Positions 62,801 through 64,000 of a stretch of DNA of 64,000 nucleotides are shown here, piece after piece. Source of the stretch: Lingula anatina (Eukaryota > Animalia > Brachiopoda). Numbering within the stretch: the first letter of the stretch is position 1; each line of letters opens with the position of its first letter. A program made the position numbers and the translations under genes. The notes under the pieces are model-generated. The model did not search any database, had not been told where the DNA came from, and was given only the letters and a program-made list of their open reading frames with translations. The stretch covers positions 5,394,001-5,458,000 of the forward strand of contig CM120640.1 in NCBI GenBank assembly GCA_051362555.1, given 5' to 3'.

Positions 62801-64000
62801 CGAATCTGGGCTTTCCCTGTTATCAGTTGGTTCAGTGTAAACATACAGTAAGTAAAATATGTGTCTGTTTTTAGGGTGCAGCTTTGCTGGGTGGTATCAA
62901 TGCACTACACAGCTCCTTTCCAGATGATGCGGAGAACGAGTATGCACTTCAAGGTATGATATTGAAAATGATGTTCAACTAGCCTCACATTGTATATGCA
63001 TACATTTTTTAAAACATTAAAATGTTGAAATACATCAACCTGATTTGACAATACTGATTAAGTTGGTAATTCTTTTTTTCTGAATAAATTATAATAAATA
63101 TTCAGTTCAAGTACATGTGTAGATGATTGTTGGGTTTGTATGTTTTTTAGCTGAAATGGTCCTTGAGCGATTAAAGTTGCAAGATATATGGGTAGAGGAA
63201 TTGGAAAGACTTAAAGATGAAGAAAGGGCAAGGAATTTGGCCAAGAAACCACCACCCCCAGGAATGACCCAGTCAGGGACAAATGATTCAGACCATGGGG
63301 AAATCAGAGCTAGTGGTGCAGTTGCATGTACTTCAGGTACATCAAAACGTGCAGACCCAACCGAAATCATAGACATTGTTGATGAGGAAACAGTTCAAAG
63401 TCCAGCTTCTTCACTAAGGACTGCAGAAACTGTAGTCCGACAGTCACAGCTTGGCATATCTAGTGCACACACTGACAGCATTTCAAACAACACAAATAGA
63501 ACTGAAAGTGAAAAGGAAGACATTCATAATGTTTCATCTATTTCTGCTCTCCTTAATTCATCAAGTGACAGTGGTGCTAATGATTCATTCAATGAAAGTG
63601 TAGTATTGGATCAGAGCCTTGTGAATAAAAGACTTGCAAAAAGCTCTAAAGCTCAAAATGGACCGACTCCTGCAAGTAAATTGTTTGCTAAATTTGGCAA
63701 CACTTCGGCTCACCCGGCTTTCATACCTGATGTTGACAGGGTTCAGCCATCAAAAGGAGATAGACATGCTGCAAGCAGCAGTGAAATGACCAATTCTCCT
63801 TCCATTTTGAACACCTCACCACCTCAGCCCTGTACTCAGATTGGTAAAACCATTCAGCAACGCCTTGACCTACGTGAAAAGCATGCCAAAAATTGTACCG
63901 ATACTACAGACTGGTTTGACAACATTGGAGCTGGTGGGAAGATGAAAGATTCCTCGACTCATAAGGGCAAAGGAAAGGGAAAGAGTTCAGCTGATGCAAC
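56880..64000 (+). CDS. MCM9: DNA helicase MCM9, 3' end outside the window, at least 18 coding exons
   Basis: [30 protein letters not shown] zinc finger, [29 protein letters not shown], Walker [35 protein letters not shown], arginine finger [21 protein letters not shown]. The last exon, from 63151, is open to the window end. Confidence 0.96.
57870..57919. repeat. Perfect 23-bp inverted repeat with 4-nt loop
   Basis: AAATATATTAAAGAAACTTCTAA-tatt-TTAGAAGTTTCTTTAATATATTT. Confidence 0.9.
60789..60826. repeat. Imperfect (TG)n microsatellite in an MCM9 intron
   Basis: TGTGTG run with two interruptions. Confidence 0.85.

Overview
AT-rich, intron-rich eukaryotic DNA from a marine invertebrate, most likely a lophotrochozoan such as a mollusc. 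That placement is an inference from the Wamide precursor, the phosphonate enzyme and the Helentron-type repeats. I rebuilt ten protein-coding genes by hand from splice sites and reading frame: a MIP/allatostatin-B Wamide neuropeptide precursor (+), BAG2 (+), a Tctex1-domain dynein light chain (+), phosphonopyruvate decarboxylase (-), HSD17B14 (+), THYN1 (-), LRRC56 (+), TOP3B (-), a secreted mucin-stalk fibrinogen-domain gene nested antisense in a TOP3B intron (+), and MCM9 (+, runs off the window). Six of the genes form three consecutive head-to-head pairs. The most interesting points are a 10-exon animal phosphonate-pathway enzyme with a mitochondrial-type leader whose start codon is only 125 bp from that of HSD17B14, and the nested fibrinogen-related gene with a GC-AG intron. 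Introns hold many MITEs, Helentron-associated elements, satellites and fold-backs. I recognised no rRNA, tRNA or CRISPR features. Family calls come from recalled motifs and no database searches were run.
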